Source: Verrucomicrobiota bacterium (GTDB taxonomy: Bacteria > Verrucomicrobiota > Verrucomicrobiia > Limisphaerales > CANJXF01). Taken from it: DNA of 64,000 nucleotides. This document shows positions 38,850 through 49,507 of the stretch, piece after piece. The translations under genes were made by a program, and so were the position numbers. Position 1 is the first letter of the stretch; each line of letters starts with the position of its first letter. The DNA lies in contig JBBQRQ010000008.1 of NCBI GenBank assembly GCA_038214755.1, positions 19,013-83,012 of the forward strand. The letters are read 5' to 3'. The notes under the pieces were generated by a model. It was not told the origin of the DNA and did not search any database. It saw nothing but the letters and a program-made list of their open reading frames with translations.

Positions 38850-40016
38850 CTAGGAAATTCCTTTGTTGGCGCGCCAGAGTAAAAATCCGCCGATGATTTG
38901 GAAAATAAAATTGGGAATCCAAACGATGAGATGGGGCGCAAATTCGGCGCGGGTGTCCCACGCTTGCGCGAGAATGACGAAGGCATAATAAACGAGAACC
39001 AGGATGAGGGACATGGCGACACCGAGGCTCGTTTCGCGACGGTGCGCGCGAATGCCGAGCGGGATTCCAATGAGCGTGAACCCAAAACACGCGAAGGAGA
39101 ACGCCACTTGCCGGTGCATATGCACACGGACGGGCAAGGTGATGTCGCTCTGAATTTTTGCGAGTTGGCGCAACTCGGTGCGCAAGTCTTGCGGGGAATT
39201 CGTTCCCGCCATTTGCGCTCGAGAGAAAGACCGTTCGAGTTTTTTTAGCTGCGCGTGCAATTGCGAAAAAGTCATTTCGCTCAGGGTTGGCCGGGCCATC
39301 GCGCCGCTGCCTCCAAAAGCAATCGTAGAGTCAACCGAATCAAAATGGACGCTCGGAAAAACATTGGCGCCTTGAACCTGAGTGTCGGTCGCGTCGAACA
39401 AAGTCAAAACGAGTTCGTTACTGCGCACGAGGAATTTTCCGGTGGGGGCGGTGATCAACCCGATTGAATTACCGCTCTCGCCGACTTGATAAACTTTTAC
39501 GTCGCGCAAATCATTGTTCTTTATTTTTCGGACATAGACCGACAAGCCGCCCGGAAATTCGTTGTATTGATTCTCGCGCAACATCCCGGCTGGATTGGAT
39601 GTGGCCACTTCATAGAGCAAATGTTTATAGGCGACGCGGCATTCCGGCGCGACTTGCAGATTGATCCACCCGCAAAGCCCGCTGAAAAGAATCCCCAAAA
39701 ACAAAACCGGCGTAACCAGCGCGACCAGACTGATTCCGCTGGCGCGCGCCGCCGTCAATTCCTGATCGGCGCTGAATCGTCCAAAAACCAGCAGCGTCGC
39801 GGTCAACATTCCCATCGGCAACGCGAAGAGCAAAATCCACGGGATGAGCAAACTGATGCCTTGAATGACGGCGAGGAATGTCACTTGCCGATTGATCAAG
39901 AGCGGCAGGATTTCTTTGAGGCCATTGCCCAGGAGCAGCACGAACGTAAACACCGCGACCGTCATCATGACCGAGGCCAGCACCTGGCGTGCTAAATAAA
40001 AATGCAGCGTTTTCAT
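38850..40016 (-). CDS. LptF/LptG-family LPS export permease (LptF-like)
   Basis: RFSADQELTAARASGISL, 3+3 TM layout, WIPN. Confidence 0.9.
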   Translation of the reverse strand: MKTLHFYLARQVLASVMMTVAVFTFVLLLGNGLKEILPLLINRQVTFLAVIQGISLLIPWILLFALPMGMLTATLLVFGRFSADQELTAARASGISLVALVTPVLFLGILFSGLCGWINLQVAPECRVAYKHLLYEVATSNPAGMLRENQYNEFPGGLSVYVRKIKNNDLRDVKVYQVGESGNSIGLITAPTGKFLVRSNELVLTLFDATDTQVQGANVFPSVHFDSVDSTIAFGGSGAMARPTLSEMTFSQLHAQLKKLERSFSRAQMAGTNSPQDLRTELRQLAKIQSDITLPVRVHMHRQVAFSFACFGFTLIGIPLGIRAHRRETSLGVAMSLILVLVYYAFVILAQAWDTRAEFAPHLIVWIPNFIFQIIGGFLLWRANKGIS

Positions 40017-40020
40017 TTCG

Positions 40021-41133
40021 TCATCGCGCGCGCATGATCATCGCGACCGCCGCGCCGACGAATAAAATATTCGGAAGCCACGCGCCCAGCCAGCCGGGCA
40101 GCCAGCCTCCTGTTCCCAGCGCCAGACCCAGCCGCAACAAAATAAAATAACTAAAACAAATAAAAATACTCCCGGCTACGCCCACAAAAATATTGCGGCG
40201 TCCCGTAATTCCGCCAAACGGCAGCGCGATCAACACGACGACCAGACACGTGACGGGCGCGGCGATGCGGCCATGCAGTTGCGTGCTGATCAACCAACGC
40301 GACGCGGTGTCGAGCCGTGGATGAAGTTGCAGATAATTCAAAATGTCCGCGATGGAGAGTTGCGGCTTTTTCGTCGCTTGCCGGCTATTAAGGCCGCTGA
40401 TTTTAATTTCGCTTTTGATCAGCGCCGGACTTTCGGACCAATCACTAAATTCAATTTCATTCGTGTGAACCGTGGCGGCGGCGATGTCCTGTGGATTGAC
40501 TTGTCCAACGTCGGTGAATTTCCAAACGCCCTGCGAGAAGATTCCGGTTCGCGCGGAAATCACTTTTCGTTTTCCGTCAGGCAAACGCCAGTCGATGATC
40601 ACTCCATTCATCTGGGAAGTTTTCAAATTGTAGGCTTTGATCCACCACGCGCGATTGTCGCGAGAGTTTAAAAATTTCAAATCGCGCCGCCAGTTGGCCT
40701 CTTGCGGATTGGCCTGCGCGGGATCGTGGCGATGCAAAATTTCCTCCGCTTTCTCCAAGCTGGGCGGCACCCAAAATTCGTTGACGACCAGATAAGCCAG
40801 ACTAAAAAAAAGTCCCACCGCGAAATAGGGCGCGGACAATCGCCAGATGCTGATTCCTGCGGCGCGCATGGCGGTGAGTTCGTTGTAACGAGAGTGAGTC
40901 GTCAACGAATAAAGCAGCGCGAGCAGAAGCGCGACCGGCATGACGACCAGCAATGTCTCCGGACTGGTGACCAAATAAAATTCGACGACCTCCGCGACAC
41001 CCAGATGATAGTTTTGAAAGCGGTTAAGCTGGCTGATCAAGTCGAACGAAATCCAAAAAACTAAAAATCCGCCGAGGCAATAGCTGAGCGGAAGGAGCAA
41101 TTCGCGCAACAAGTAGCGATCCAAAAGGCGCAT
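40021..41133 (-). CDS. LptF/LptG-family LPS export permease (LptG-like)
   Basis: MRLLDRYLLRE, NELTAMRAAGISI, AWLPN. Confidence 0.9.
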   Translation of the reverse strand: MRLLDRYLLRELLLPLSYCLGGFLVFWISFDLISQLNRFQNYHLGVAEVVEFYLVTSPETLLVVMPVALLLALLYSLTTHSRYNELTAMRAAGISIWRLSAPYFAVGLFFSLAYLVVNEFWVPPSLEKAEEILHRHDPAQANPQEANWRRDLKFLNSRDNRAWWIKAYNLKTSQMNGVIIDWRLPDGKRKVISARTGIFSQGVWKFTDVGQVNPQDIAAATVHTNEIEFSDWSESPALIKSEIKISGLNSRQATKKPQLSIADILNYLQLHPRLDTASRWLISTQLHGRIAAPVTCLVVVLIALPFGGITGRRNIFVGVAGSIFICFSYFILLRLGLALGTGGWLPGWLGAWLPNILFVGAAVAMIMRAR

Positions 41134-41213
41134 GGCGCGGGAGCTTAGCGGGCGAATTTTGGCAAAGCAAGTGGGTCGGCAAATTCGGGAGTGATTCCAC
41201 CCGTGATCAAAAC

Positions 41214-41342
41214 GTAGCGCAGGATTCCATCCTGCTGTATCGCCGATTTCCAATCGGCAGGGCGTCACCACACCAACTTCCCCGGCCTTGGATTCGGCGG
41301 GCTGGAAGCGCTGCGATACAGCAGATTGAAAATCTGCGCTAC
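41214..41342. repeat. GTAG-type REPIN (gtagcgcagg family)
   Basis: gtagcgcag...ctgcgctac with internal hairpins; second copy at 43027-43177. Confidence 0.85.
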
Positions 41343-41357
41343 GACCCGGGGAACTTT

Positions 41358-42596
41358 TTAATCGGATTTTTTGTGAAGTGCAGCGAGACCAAAAAGAAAA
41401 TCATTCATCACGTTGATGGCCACTTGAACGTCCTCCTTTTTGACCGACTCATCGGGATGATGGCTTATTCCATTTTTGCACCGGACAAACAGCATGGCGA
41501 CCGGCGCAATCGAGGCCATCACGGCGGCGTCGTGTCCCGCGCCGCTGGGCAATTTTGGAACCTGCCTTTGATGTCGGCGCGCGGCGGTGGCAAGCAGATG
41601 GGAAAGCTCGACCGACGACGGGACCGCGGCAGTTTCCTGGACGATTTGCCATTTGACGCTCACACCACGGGAACGCCCAATTTTTTGCGCGCAATTTTTC
41701 AAGGCGTTGCTCGAGATGTTTCTTTCCGAATCGCTTTGATGGCGAAGATCGAGGCTCAAAATGGTTCGCGCTGGAATCACATTACTGGCGCCAGGACTGG
41801 CCTCAATTTGGCCGACGGTGGCGACCAACCCGCGATTTGTTTTGGCAAAATTTTCCACCGCCAAAATAAATTGTGCGGCGGCGCACAAGGCGTCCCGCCG
41901 TAAATTCATCGGAGTCGTTCCGGCGTGAGCGGCGCGGCCTTCAAAAATAATTTTCGCGCGGGTTTGTCCGGCAATGGCGGAAACAATTGCGATGGGGAGA
42001 TTTTTTTTCTCCAAAACGGGGCCTTGTTCGATATGAACTTCCGCGTAACCGAGAGTTTTTTTTAGGTTGAGCCGCGAAGATTTGAGCGCGTCGGGATTCC
42101 CACCAAACTGACGGATGGCGTCGGCCATGGAAATTCCGTCCGCGTCCCGCCGCTGCAAATCTTTTTCGTCAAAGACACCGGCGAGAACTTTGCTGCCCAG
42201 GTAGGCGGTTTGATAACGAACGCCTTCTTCGTCGGCAAACCCAATCACGTCTATGGCAAAGGGCGGTTGAATTTTCTTCCGACGAAGATGTTCGACACAG
42301 GCGATGGCAACGAAGACGCCAAGGGGTCCGTCGAATTTTCCAGCATCGCGCACGCTATCGAGATGCGAGCCGAGCAGAAAAATTTTTGCGTCAGGATGTT
42401 GGGCGGGCCATCGCCCGATGAGATTTCCAATGGCATCTTCTCGCGTGATCATTCCAGCCTGACGCATCCATTTTGCGACCAGCTCATTGGCGGCTCGCAT
42501 CGCTGGAGAACAAAAGGTGCGAGTGAGGCGGCCGGGTTCTTCGCTGATCTTCCCAAGCGCGTCGATGCGCTGCATCACGATTTCGGCGGCGCTCAT
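41358..42596 (-). CDS. allC: Allantoate amidohydrolase (M20 family)
   Basis: GSHLDSV, FDGPLG, DEEG, EVHIEQG, HAGTTPM, SGAGHD; adjacent to uraH. Confidence 0.85.
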   Translation of the reverse strand: MSAAEIVMQRIDALGKISEEPGRLTRTFCSPAMRAANELVAKWMRQAGMITREDAIGNLIGRWPAQHPDAKIFLLGSHLDSVRDAGKFDGPLGVFVAIACVEHLRRKKIQPPFAIDVIGFADEEGVRYQTAYLGSKVLAGVFDEKDLQRRDADGISMADAIRQFGGNPDALKSSRLNLKKTLGYAEVHIEQGPVLEKKNLPIAIVSAIAGQTRAKIIFEGRAAHAGTTPMNLRRDALCAAAQFILAVENFAKTNRGLVATVGQIEASPGASNVIPARTILSLDLRHQSDSERNISSNALKNCAQKIGRSRGVSVKWQIVQETAAVPSSVELSHLLATAARRHQRQVPKLPSGAGHDAAVMASIAPVAMLFVRCKNGISHHPDESVKKEDVQVAINVMNDFLFGLAALHKKSD

Positions 42597-42947
42597 TTAA
42601 CTTCCGCGATAAGTGCTGTAAGCCCACGGAGAAACCAACAGCGGGACGTGATAGGAACTGTTCTCCTCTGAAATTCCAAAGCGCACGGGGACCTGGTCTA
42701 AAAAAGAAATGGGCGAACCGGCCCTTTCTGCAAAATATTTTCCAACGTGGAAAACGATTTCGTATGGGCCGGTTTGAAATTCGGTTTTGCTCAATAACGG
42801 CTCGTCCGTGCGTCCATCCGAATTACTGCGCAAAGTTTTGAGCAGAGAGCGCTCTCCTTTTTTTAATGACCAAAGTTCGATTTGCATTCCGCTGGCGGGG
42901 CGGCCATTGGCGGTGTCGAGAACGTGTGTGCTGAGTTGGCCGGGCAT
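42597..42947 (-). CDS. uraH: 5-hydroxyisourate hydrolase
   Basis: [18 protein letters not shown]-terminal YRGS. Confidence 0.95.
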   Translation of the reverse strand: MPGQLSTHVLDTANGRPASGMQIELWSLKKGERSLLKTLRSNSDGRTDEPLLSKTEFQTGPYEIVFHVGKYFAERAGSPISFLDQVPVRFGISEENSSYHVPLLVSPWAYSTYRGS

Positions 42948-43026
42948 GGCGAAAACATTAGCGAAGTTCGAGCCCGTCAGGCAAACGAACAATTCAAGAA
43001 GGGTAGGAATTTCAAGTGGTGGTCAC

Positions 43027-43177
43027 GTAGCGCAGGATTGCATCCTGCTGTATCGCCGGTTTGAAACCGGCTGAACGTCGCAAATGGAGAGAGTCTTTAG
43101 GTTTCGAAAGTCACCTGTTCTGGCGGCCTCTCGCAGGTTGAAAACCTGCGATACGGCAGGATGCAATCCTGCGCTAC
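43027..43177. repeat. GTAG-type REPIN (gtagcgcagg family)
   Basis: Long terminal inverted repeat gtagcgcaggattgcatcctgc. Confidence 0.87.
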
Positions 43178-43214
43178 AACTGACCAACTGACCGCCAGGT
43201 TAAATCACCCCCAT

Positions 43215-43811
43215 TCAAGAACGCGGGGAGGTTTTTCCGGAAACGGGACTGGGCTTGACCAAGGTTCGAAACTCGATGGCGAAGGAAAGTTTTTCATCGG
43301 ACACCGAAGACAGCCCGGCCGGTTCCATTTCCAAATGTTGAATGCGAATGTAAGGATACGAGTTTTCGAAACGCGCCAAAAATGTTCCCAGATCGTGGAA
43401 GGTGGCCGCGCCCGCGACATTAAAGGAAATGGTTTTGTAGGAAATATTTATCGGCAAATTCAATTCGACGGACTGGGGCCGATCGATTTTCGAAAACTCA
43501 ATCTTTTGTGGCACTTCAAACTCTTTCAGCATTTTGTAAATCCACAAATAAGGATCGCCACTGACCATTTGCGCCTCGATCGCGCTCAACTCGCGCGAGC
43601 TGGCCGCAAATTCCGTTTTGACTTCCTCGGCGTTTCTGATCACTTGTTTTTTTGCGGCAATTTTCTGGGACAAAGAATTTTCCGCTTGAGAACTTTCTTT
43701 CAATCGGTCCCTTGCCGGAGCGATCAGGAGAAACCAAAGGGCTAGCAGCAAGGCGACGGTGACGACGCTGAGGATCAGGAAGTTTCTTCGTTGTTGCGGT
43801 GAAAAGTTCAT
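43215..43811 (-). CDS. PilO-like type IV pilus inner-membrane protein
   Basis: TM helix, coiled coil, ATFHDLGTFLARFEN; downstream of pilM. Confidence 0.75.
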   Translation of the reverse strand: MNFSPQQRRNFLILSVVTVALLLALWFLLIAPARDRLKESSQAENSLSQKIAAKKQVIRNAEEVKTEFAASSRELSAIEAQMVSGDPYLWIYKMLKEFEVPQKIEFSKIDRPQSVELNLPINISYKTISFNVAGAATFHDLGTFLARFENSYPYIRIQHLEMEPAGLSSVSDEKLSFAIEFRTLVKPSPVSGKTSPRS

Positions 43812-45655
43812 TTAAATTTTTGCTCCGCGTAACATTCCACCGTGAAAAGAATGCTGATTTTATTTAGATCACTCGGATCGGTCTGGGGCGGCTGGCTTTC
43901 TTTCAGACGAATGGCTTCGTCGCTGCGCAGCGCGGTTTTAAACCAGGGAGACAGCGCGATTGCATTCATGAAACTTTCGGCCGCGGACGGTTTGGCCGAG
44001 GACTTGGCCTGGATGGTGAAGACGGTGTGTTCGATTGTTTCAGGCGGTTGTGCGGGCACGATAATCTTGTCAAGCTTCTTGACCGCCGGTGTTCCCGTGG
44101 TCTGGCTGATGTCTTGATTTATCTGGAGGCGGACGATTTCGAAATTATTGACGACGGTTTCTTGCAAGGCGTTTAAAGCGGAGGCCCAAAGGAAACGGGT
44201 TTGTGAAAGCTGATTCAGTTCGTGAAGCGTGGCGCGAATCGAGTCGGCCTTTTTTATATTCAGTTCGGTCTGAATAAACCCAGGCTGCAATGAAGCAAGG
44301 TCGGAGGTCAGCCCTTTCACTCCGACGCTGACCTGTTTATTAAAAAATAACGTCAGCAAATACCATCCCAACATCGCCAGCACCAAAATTCCGGCGACGA
44401 CATATCCGCGTTTCATGGGATCGCGGCTTCTTCTTTCGGCCGCTTCTTTTTGTTCGGCCAGCAGGTCGATGGCGGCCAGAGCCGTTTTGAAAAAGGTCAA
44501 GGCCGCGCCGATGGCGACAGTGAGTTGCGGGGATTCTTCTTGCAGCACGATGGTTTGGGCGCTGGTAAAATTTGATTTCAACGAGGCCGCCGGGTTCCAA
44601 CTTTTGCAAGGCAGGTTCAACTCGGTTTGAAGAGTTTCGACGATAAATTTCGAACGGGCTGAGCCGCCAGAGACAAAAACTTCGGAAACTTTTTTGTCTT
44701 CTTTTTGCTCGAAGAAATGAATGGAGTTAATTAATTCATGGCTTAAGGGCGAGACCAGTGGAATGAGGTGCGCCCGAACCTTCTCCGGCATGATTTGCTT
44801 TAATCCGTCCGCAACCGAATAGGTGATATTCATGCCCTCAGCCAGTCCCGTCGTAAATTTGTCCGCGCCGATATTGACGACGCGAGTCAGGGTTATTTCA
44901 CCGTTGACCAGAAGACTGATGGTGGAGTGGCCGAAACCAATATCGACCAATGCGATAACCTTGTTATGCCAAATCTCGGGTGACATCAAAAAGCAATTCG
45001 CAGCTCCGGTTTGAGATGCAGTGACCTGTTGTATGTCCAGACCTGCCGTGCCGGCCGCCTCTTGCAGATCGTTTAAAACTTGATTCTTAACGGCGACGAT
45101 GAGTGTCTTGGCCTTGCGCGATTGTTTGCTGCCCGCTTTTACATCAGTCCCTTGATGAAGAACAAAACAGTCAAAAGAATGGTTGGGCAGATCTTCCTGA
45201 AAATAAAACTTTGGGTTTAGCTTCACCATCTTTCGCATCTCGGAAGTCTCGATCACCGGCAGTTCGGCGTGGCAAATGAGAGAGTCAGTGGCGCCCACGA
45301 TGAGGATGACCTTTTTGGTCCTGGCGTTTAATGATTCCGTTACCGCCAGAAGATGTCGAGCTAGCGCCTCGCGGGAAAGAACTTTGCCACAATCAGGCCG
45401 GTCCTGGGCGGTGTAGCTGACCAGACGCAAGGCGTCCCCCTGCTCCTCCATGCAAACGGCTTTCGTGCTCCGCGTTCCCAAATCGATGGCGATGATCTGA
45501 TTGGTCGGTTTCGAGTTATTGAAAATCCGAGAGCGCACGGGCTTTTGTCCACTGTCCATTGTCAGGTGCAAGTTGGAGCCTGCGGGTTTTTGTATATTGT
45601 CCGTTGTCATGTGCAAGCTGGAACCTGCGGGTTTTTGTATATTGTCAGTTGTCAT
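43808..45655 (-). CDS. PilM-PilN-like fusion protein; start uncertain
   Basis: Actin-like IAIDLG, LVDIG, VFVSGGSA, then a TM helix, coiled coil and PilN-like domain. Confidence 0.82.
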   Translation of the reverse strand: MTTDNIQKPAGSSLHMTTDNIQKPAGSNLHLTMDSGQKPVRSRIFNNSKPTNQIIAIDLGTRSTKAVCMEEQGDALRLVSYTAQDRPDCGKVLSREALARHLLAVTESLNARTKKVILIVGATDSLICHAELPVIETSEMRKMVKLNPKFYFQEDLPNHSFDCFVLHQGTDVKAGSKQSRKAKTLIVAVKNQVLNDLQEAAGTAGLDIQQVTASQTGAANCFLMSPEIWHNKVIALVDIGFGHSTISLLVNGEITLTRVVNIGADKFTTGLAEGMNITYSVADGLKQIMPEKVRAHLIPLVSPLSHELINSIHFFEQKEDKKVSEVFVSGGSARSKFIVETLQTELNLPCKSWNPAASLKSNFTSAQTIVLQEESPQLTVAIGAALTFFKTALAAIDLLAEQKEAAERRSRDPMKRGYVVAGILVLAMLGWYLLTLFFNKQVSVGVKGLTSDLASLQPGFIQTELNIKKADSIRATLHELNQLSQTRFLWASALNALQETVVNNFEIVRLQINQDISQTTGTPAVKKLDKIIVPAQPPETIEHTVFTIQAKSSAKPSAAESFMNAIALSPWFKTALRSDEAIRLKESQPPQTDPSDLNKISILFTVECYAEQKFK

Positions 45656-45662
45656 GTGCAAG
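45528..45662. repeat. 45-bp tandem repeat (two near-identical units plus one diverged)
   Basis: gtgcaag recurs at 45566, 45611 and 45656; encodes LHMTTDNIQKPAGS(S/N). Confidence 0.88.
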
Positions 45663-45962
45663 GCGGATGGTTCTAGAGCAGGTGCTCCCGGTGAATGGGC
45701 TGTTGGGCGGATTATAAGTAGCACCGCGGATTGCCTCAATTCTCGCTTTGACGAAAGACGTCGCCGCCACGTATTCCGAAAGTCTCGAAGAGGAGCGATG
45801 GAGGAATAAAATCGCCGAAATAGAACTGATGATAAGGACAAGAAGGAGCGCCACCGAGATCACGGTTTCGATGAGCGTGAAGGCAGCCGTACGCCGCGCC
45901 CCAACAAATCGCCGATGCTGTAGTCCCTTATTTTCAGGTTTTTTTAAGTGCTTCGCTTTCAT
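45645..45962 (-). CDS. Prepilin/pseudopilin, probably 3'-truncated
   Basis: AAFTLIETVISVALL after a basic leader; the C-terminus runs into the pilM repeat. Confidence 0.7.
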   Translation of the reverse strand: MKAKHLKKPENKGLQHRRFVGARRTAAFTLIETVISVALLLVLIISSISAILFLHRSSSRLSEYVAATSFVKARIEAIRGATYNPPNSPFTGSTCSRTIRLAHDN

Positions 45963-46411
45963 CTTTCGCCAATCCCCATTCCGACAAGAAATCAATTCTG
46001 CGGAATCAAAGCACCTATCATGCCTCAGTTTTGCGAAAGTGAGTCATGCTTCTCCGACAAACTCCTCTGTCGAGGCGGCACTTTTACTGCTACGTAGAAA
46101 AAGGCCTTTTAAAGGCAATATTTCACATGGACTACCCCATTTTCTTTCAAAAGTTACAGCATCGTTGGAGTGGAATCTGGACCGTTGGTAAGCCTTCGTA
46201 AGCGGCGCGCGGAGTCTTACTGTCTTGGATTTTTTTCGCCCTCTCCACTTTTGGTGTGTGGGCAGATTCCACGACAAACAACGAGTTGGCCGCTCGTAAG
46301 CGAACTGTTCTGACCAACTACGCCGAAATCTTAAGCTGCGATTATCAAGACTCCGCCAATGCCGCGCGACTCTGGATGGATACTCCCGCTTCAGTTTTGA
46401 AAGATGAGAAA

Positions 46412-46487
<76 letters not shown>

Positions 46488-46733
46488 CGCCATGACGGGA
46501 AGCGCGAAAGAAATTTCGCATCTCCAAAAAACAGGACAAGAAAATTCGAGAATCCTACCGGGTAGCATCTGCCTTCGGCGGGTGCATGATTTTTTTGGGG
46601 AATCAACCCGTGGATTTTTCAAAAGGGAAAAACCTCCGCGCAACTCAGCGGGCGCGGAGTTGATTCCGGGTCAACGGCCCAAATTATTCGGGCGGATATT
46701 TTTCCTCTCGCTGAACCACCTCCACCGGCTGAC

Positions 46734-46811
46734 CTAATACACTCCAAGAAAGTGTAAGACCACCACGATTACAACAATCACGCCGATGATGTAAAAAATA
46801 GATTTATTCAT
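46734..46811 (-). CDS. 25-aa single-TM small protein
   Basis: MNKSIFYIIGVIVVIVVVLHFLGVY*. Confidence 0.6.
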   Translation of the reverse strand: MNKSIFYIIGVIVVIVVVLHFLGVY

Positions 46812-46905
46812 TGCTTCCACACTTGGCGGCGCGGAAACGAAAGAAAATAGGAGCATAACTGAATCCTGCCACCGTGGAATATCTCAGCGCTGGCTCAGCG
46901 ATGAC

Positions 46906-47064
46906 GGGCGCATCTTGACCCCGCCAACAATCCAATCAGATGGAGTGGGGCAGGCTTCCAGCCTGTCCGAGCGGGCATCTTGCCCGCGAATCCTCGGGCT
47001 GGAAGCCCCGCTGGCAGACAAGATGTCTGCCCCACTACTTTGGTGGTGGTATCAGGATGCGCCC
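46906..47064. repeat. MITE/REP composite (gggcgcatc terminal repeats, GTGGGGCA core)
   Basis: Core also present at 21813-21903 (inverted) and 58002-58104. Confidence 0.85.
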
Positions 47065-47150
47065 AAATGCCACCACCGGCCGCTTTCATTTCTGAATTTC
47101 AACCGGCAGCCAATCTCGACGAGCGCGCGGGCGTAGGTTATTTTTGCGAC

Positions 47151-48086
47151 GTGACTAAAATTTTGATCGCCTTTCTCGCCGCGTTGCTCTCCCTCAACTC
47201 GCACGCGGCGGAGAGCAATCTCGTCGAAAAATCCGCAGGCGTTTCTGGACGGGTTCCAAATCCAACCGATCCCACGGAAAAAGAATATTTAAAACTATTG
47301 GCCGAAGACGATCAGGCCCAGTCCGACGCTGACCAATGGATTCAGGAAAGCCAAAACGCCACAGGCATTTCCTCGGCGGCGCTCCCGTTGCGCATTCGTC
47401 AGCGACTTGATCCGGTCAAAAAACATTACGACGATTTTCTCCAACGGCATCCCAAACATGTTCGCGCCCATTTGGCTTACGGAAGTTTTCTCAATGAAAT
47501 CGGCAAAGAGGAGGAAGGCGTCAAGCAGTGGGAAAAAGCGCGTGGCCTTGACCCGAAGAATCCGGCCGCCTGGAACAATCTCGCCAACTATTACGGCCAT
47601 CGCGGCCCCGTGAAAAAAGCGTTTGAATTTTATGCGAAGGCGATTGAACTCAATCCCAACGAGCCGGTTTATTATCAGAATTTCGCCAGCAGGGTTTATT
47701 TGCTACGCCAGGACGCGATGGAATTTTTCGGCATGACCGAGACGCAGGTCTTCGACAAAGCGCTGGAACTTTATCGCAAAGCCATGAAACTTGCGCCGAG
47801 CGATTTCATCCTGGCTTCGGATTACGCGCAAAGTTTTTACGGAACCAACCCGCCGCGTTTGCAGGATGGACTGGCGGCGTGGACGGACGTTTTGAAAATT
47901 GCCCGCGACGAAATCGAGCGCGAAGGAGTGCGAGTTCATCTGGCGCGATTGAATTGGAAGCTCGGCCATTTCGAGGAAGCGCATTCGCAACTCAACGCCG
48001 TGACCAACGAGATGTATGCCCCGATAAAACGGAGTCTGCTGCGAAACCTGGATGACTCAGAAAAAGTTGGCTCGCCCACGAAATAA
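47151..48086 (+). CDS. Secreted TPR-repeat protein
   Basis: Signal peptide; LDPKNPAAWNNLA, KAIELNPNEP. Confidence 0.88.
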   Translation: MTKILIAFLAALLSLNSHAAESNLVEKSAGVSGRVPNPTDPTEKEYLKLLAEDDQAQSDADQWIQESQNATGISSAALPLRIRQRLDPVKKHYDDFLQRHPKHVRAHLAYGSFLNEIGKEEEGVKQWEKARGLDPKNPAAWNNLANYYGHRGPVKKAFEFYAKAIELNPNEPVYYQNFASRVYLLRQDAMEFFGMTETQVFDKALELYRKAMKLAPSDFILASDYAQSFYGTNPPRLQDGLAAWTDVLKIARDEIEREGVRVHLARLNWKLGHFEEAHSQLNAVTNEMYAPIKRSLLRNLDDSEKVGSPTK

Positions 48087-48113
48087 AAATTCGTGAGGCC
48101 AGGAAGAACGGCT

Positions 48114-48449
48114 GGGTAGCATCTGCCGCCGGCGGGTGCGGATGGGCGTGGCGAAAACCATTCGCTCGATGTTCACCCCAAATCCGAATTTCAAAATCCG
48201 AAAGCCGAAAGAAATCCGAAGCCGAAGGCCGAACAGTTCCTAACGTCAGGGAGGCGCGCAGGAAAAGCGGCGTCATGCCGCCGCAGTCCAAAGGCAAGTG
48301 TCGCGGAACAGTGCGCATCGTGAAGCACTTTTCTGATGAGCAGCAAATTTTTTGGATTTCGGTTTTCGGATTTCTTTCGGCTTTCGGAATTCGGAATTCG
48401 GATTTGAGGTGGAGAGTGAATTCGCACCCGCCGGAGGCAGATGCTACCC
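48114..48449. repeat. Nested REPIN: gtagcatctgcc arms enclosing a heptamer element
   Basis: gggtagcatctgcc.ccggcgggtgcg ... cgcacccgccggaggcagatgctaccc. Confidence 0.87.
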
Positions 48450-48531
48450 ATTCACCCCACTAGACGCAGACGCCACTTGAGGAAACAAAAACGCTTGAAG
48501 TTTTTCGGCACAATCCTCTAATCCTATCCTC

Positions 48532-49485
48532 ATGAAAACCACCACGGAGCGCAGACCGAATTCCACCTCGTCAACCGCTCCGCGAAAATCCAGCGCGGTC
48601 TCTACCGCCAAAATTCATCCGGTCATCATCTACCCATTCCGGCAGCCCAATGATTATTCGGATCTGGAACAGCTTTATCAATTGATCGCGCGGCTCAAGA
48701 GCGAGAGAAAAAAATACGCGCAACCCATCACGGTGATGGATTGCAAAACTCATTCCGCCAATCAAGCGAACAAACGGTTCATGGATTTCAGAAAAAATAC
48801 CGTCGCCCGTCACTCGAAAATTCTCGATGCCTGGTGCGTCGATACCTGCCAGATGTGGTACTCGGGCCTCGGCCTGGCTTTCGAGAAAGGCAGCGACAAT
48901 GATGTCTATTGGTTAATCCCTGGCGATTTCAATTACGGCACGATTGACGGCCAGGAAGTGCTTAGCCGGTTGCACGACCTTCCCGAAATTTGTTTGGAAC
49001 TTCAGCAGGATTTGTGCATTGGCGAGATCGCGACCGATCACAACAACTCCAAACAATTGATCGATACCTACGGAACTTTTGCTCTGCTCTACAACTGGTT
49101 TCCCACCGAGGCGCAGGAGATTCGCCAATACACCGAGCGGCCTCGCTCCGAATTTTTCGCAGTGCGCCACAGTTTTTTGCGCGATGCGCTCAACCGCCGC
49201 TGGTACGCCTATGAGCAGACGGTGGTGATGTTGTTGCAGGCCATGTTCGGCGAGAAACGCATCAGCCGATTCAACGTCGGCGCGATTTCCGATTTGCCGG
49301 AAGGACGCGAGTCACTCGCTTCGGCGATGCAACAGGTGGAACGAACGGAGCGTGTTCTCAAAACAATTTGGCGCGAACGGAACAATAACAAATCAGATTG
49401 GCTCGAACTGTATCGCGTCCTGGAAAATCAGTCGGAAGAAATTCGGCGAACGGCGCTGCTCATTTTGAAAAATCTTTTGGGATGA
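48532..49485 (+). CDS. Hypothetical protein, possibly a divergent GT-A glycosyltransferase
   Basis: Long ORF with consistent codon usage; weak motifs DVYWLIPGDF and RPRSEFFAVRHSFL. Confidence 0.7.
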   Translation: MKTTTERRPNSTSSTAPRKSSAVSTAKIHPVIIYPFRQPNDYSDLEQLYQLIARLKSERKKYAQPITVMDCKTHSANQANKRFMDFRKNTVARHSKILDAWCVDTCQMWYSGLGLAFEKGSDNDVYWLIPGDFNYGTIDGQEVLSRLHDLPEICLELQQDLCIGEIATDHNNSKQLIDTYGTFALLYNWFPTEAQEIRQYTERPRSEFFAVRHSFLRDALNRRWYAYEQTVVMLLQAMFGEKRISRFNVGAISDLPEGRESLASAMQQVERTERVLKTIWRERNNNKSDWLELYRVLENQSEEIRRTALLILKNLLG

Positions 49486-49507
49486 AAAATTATCGGGCAA
49501 TTTATCT

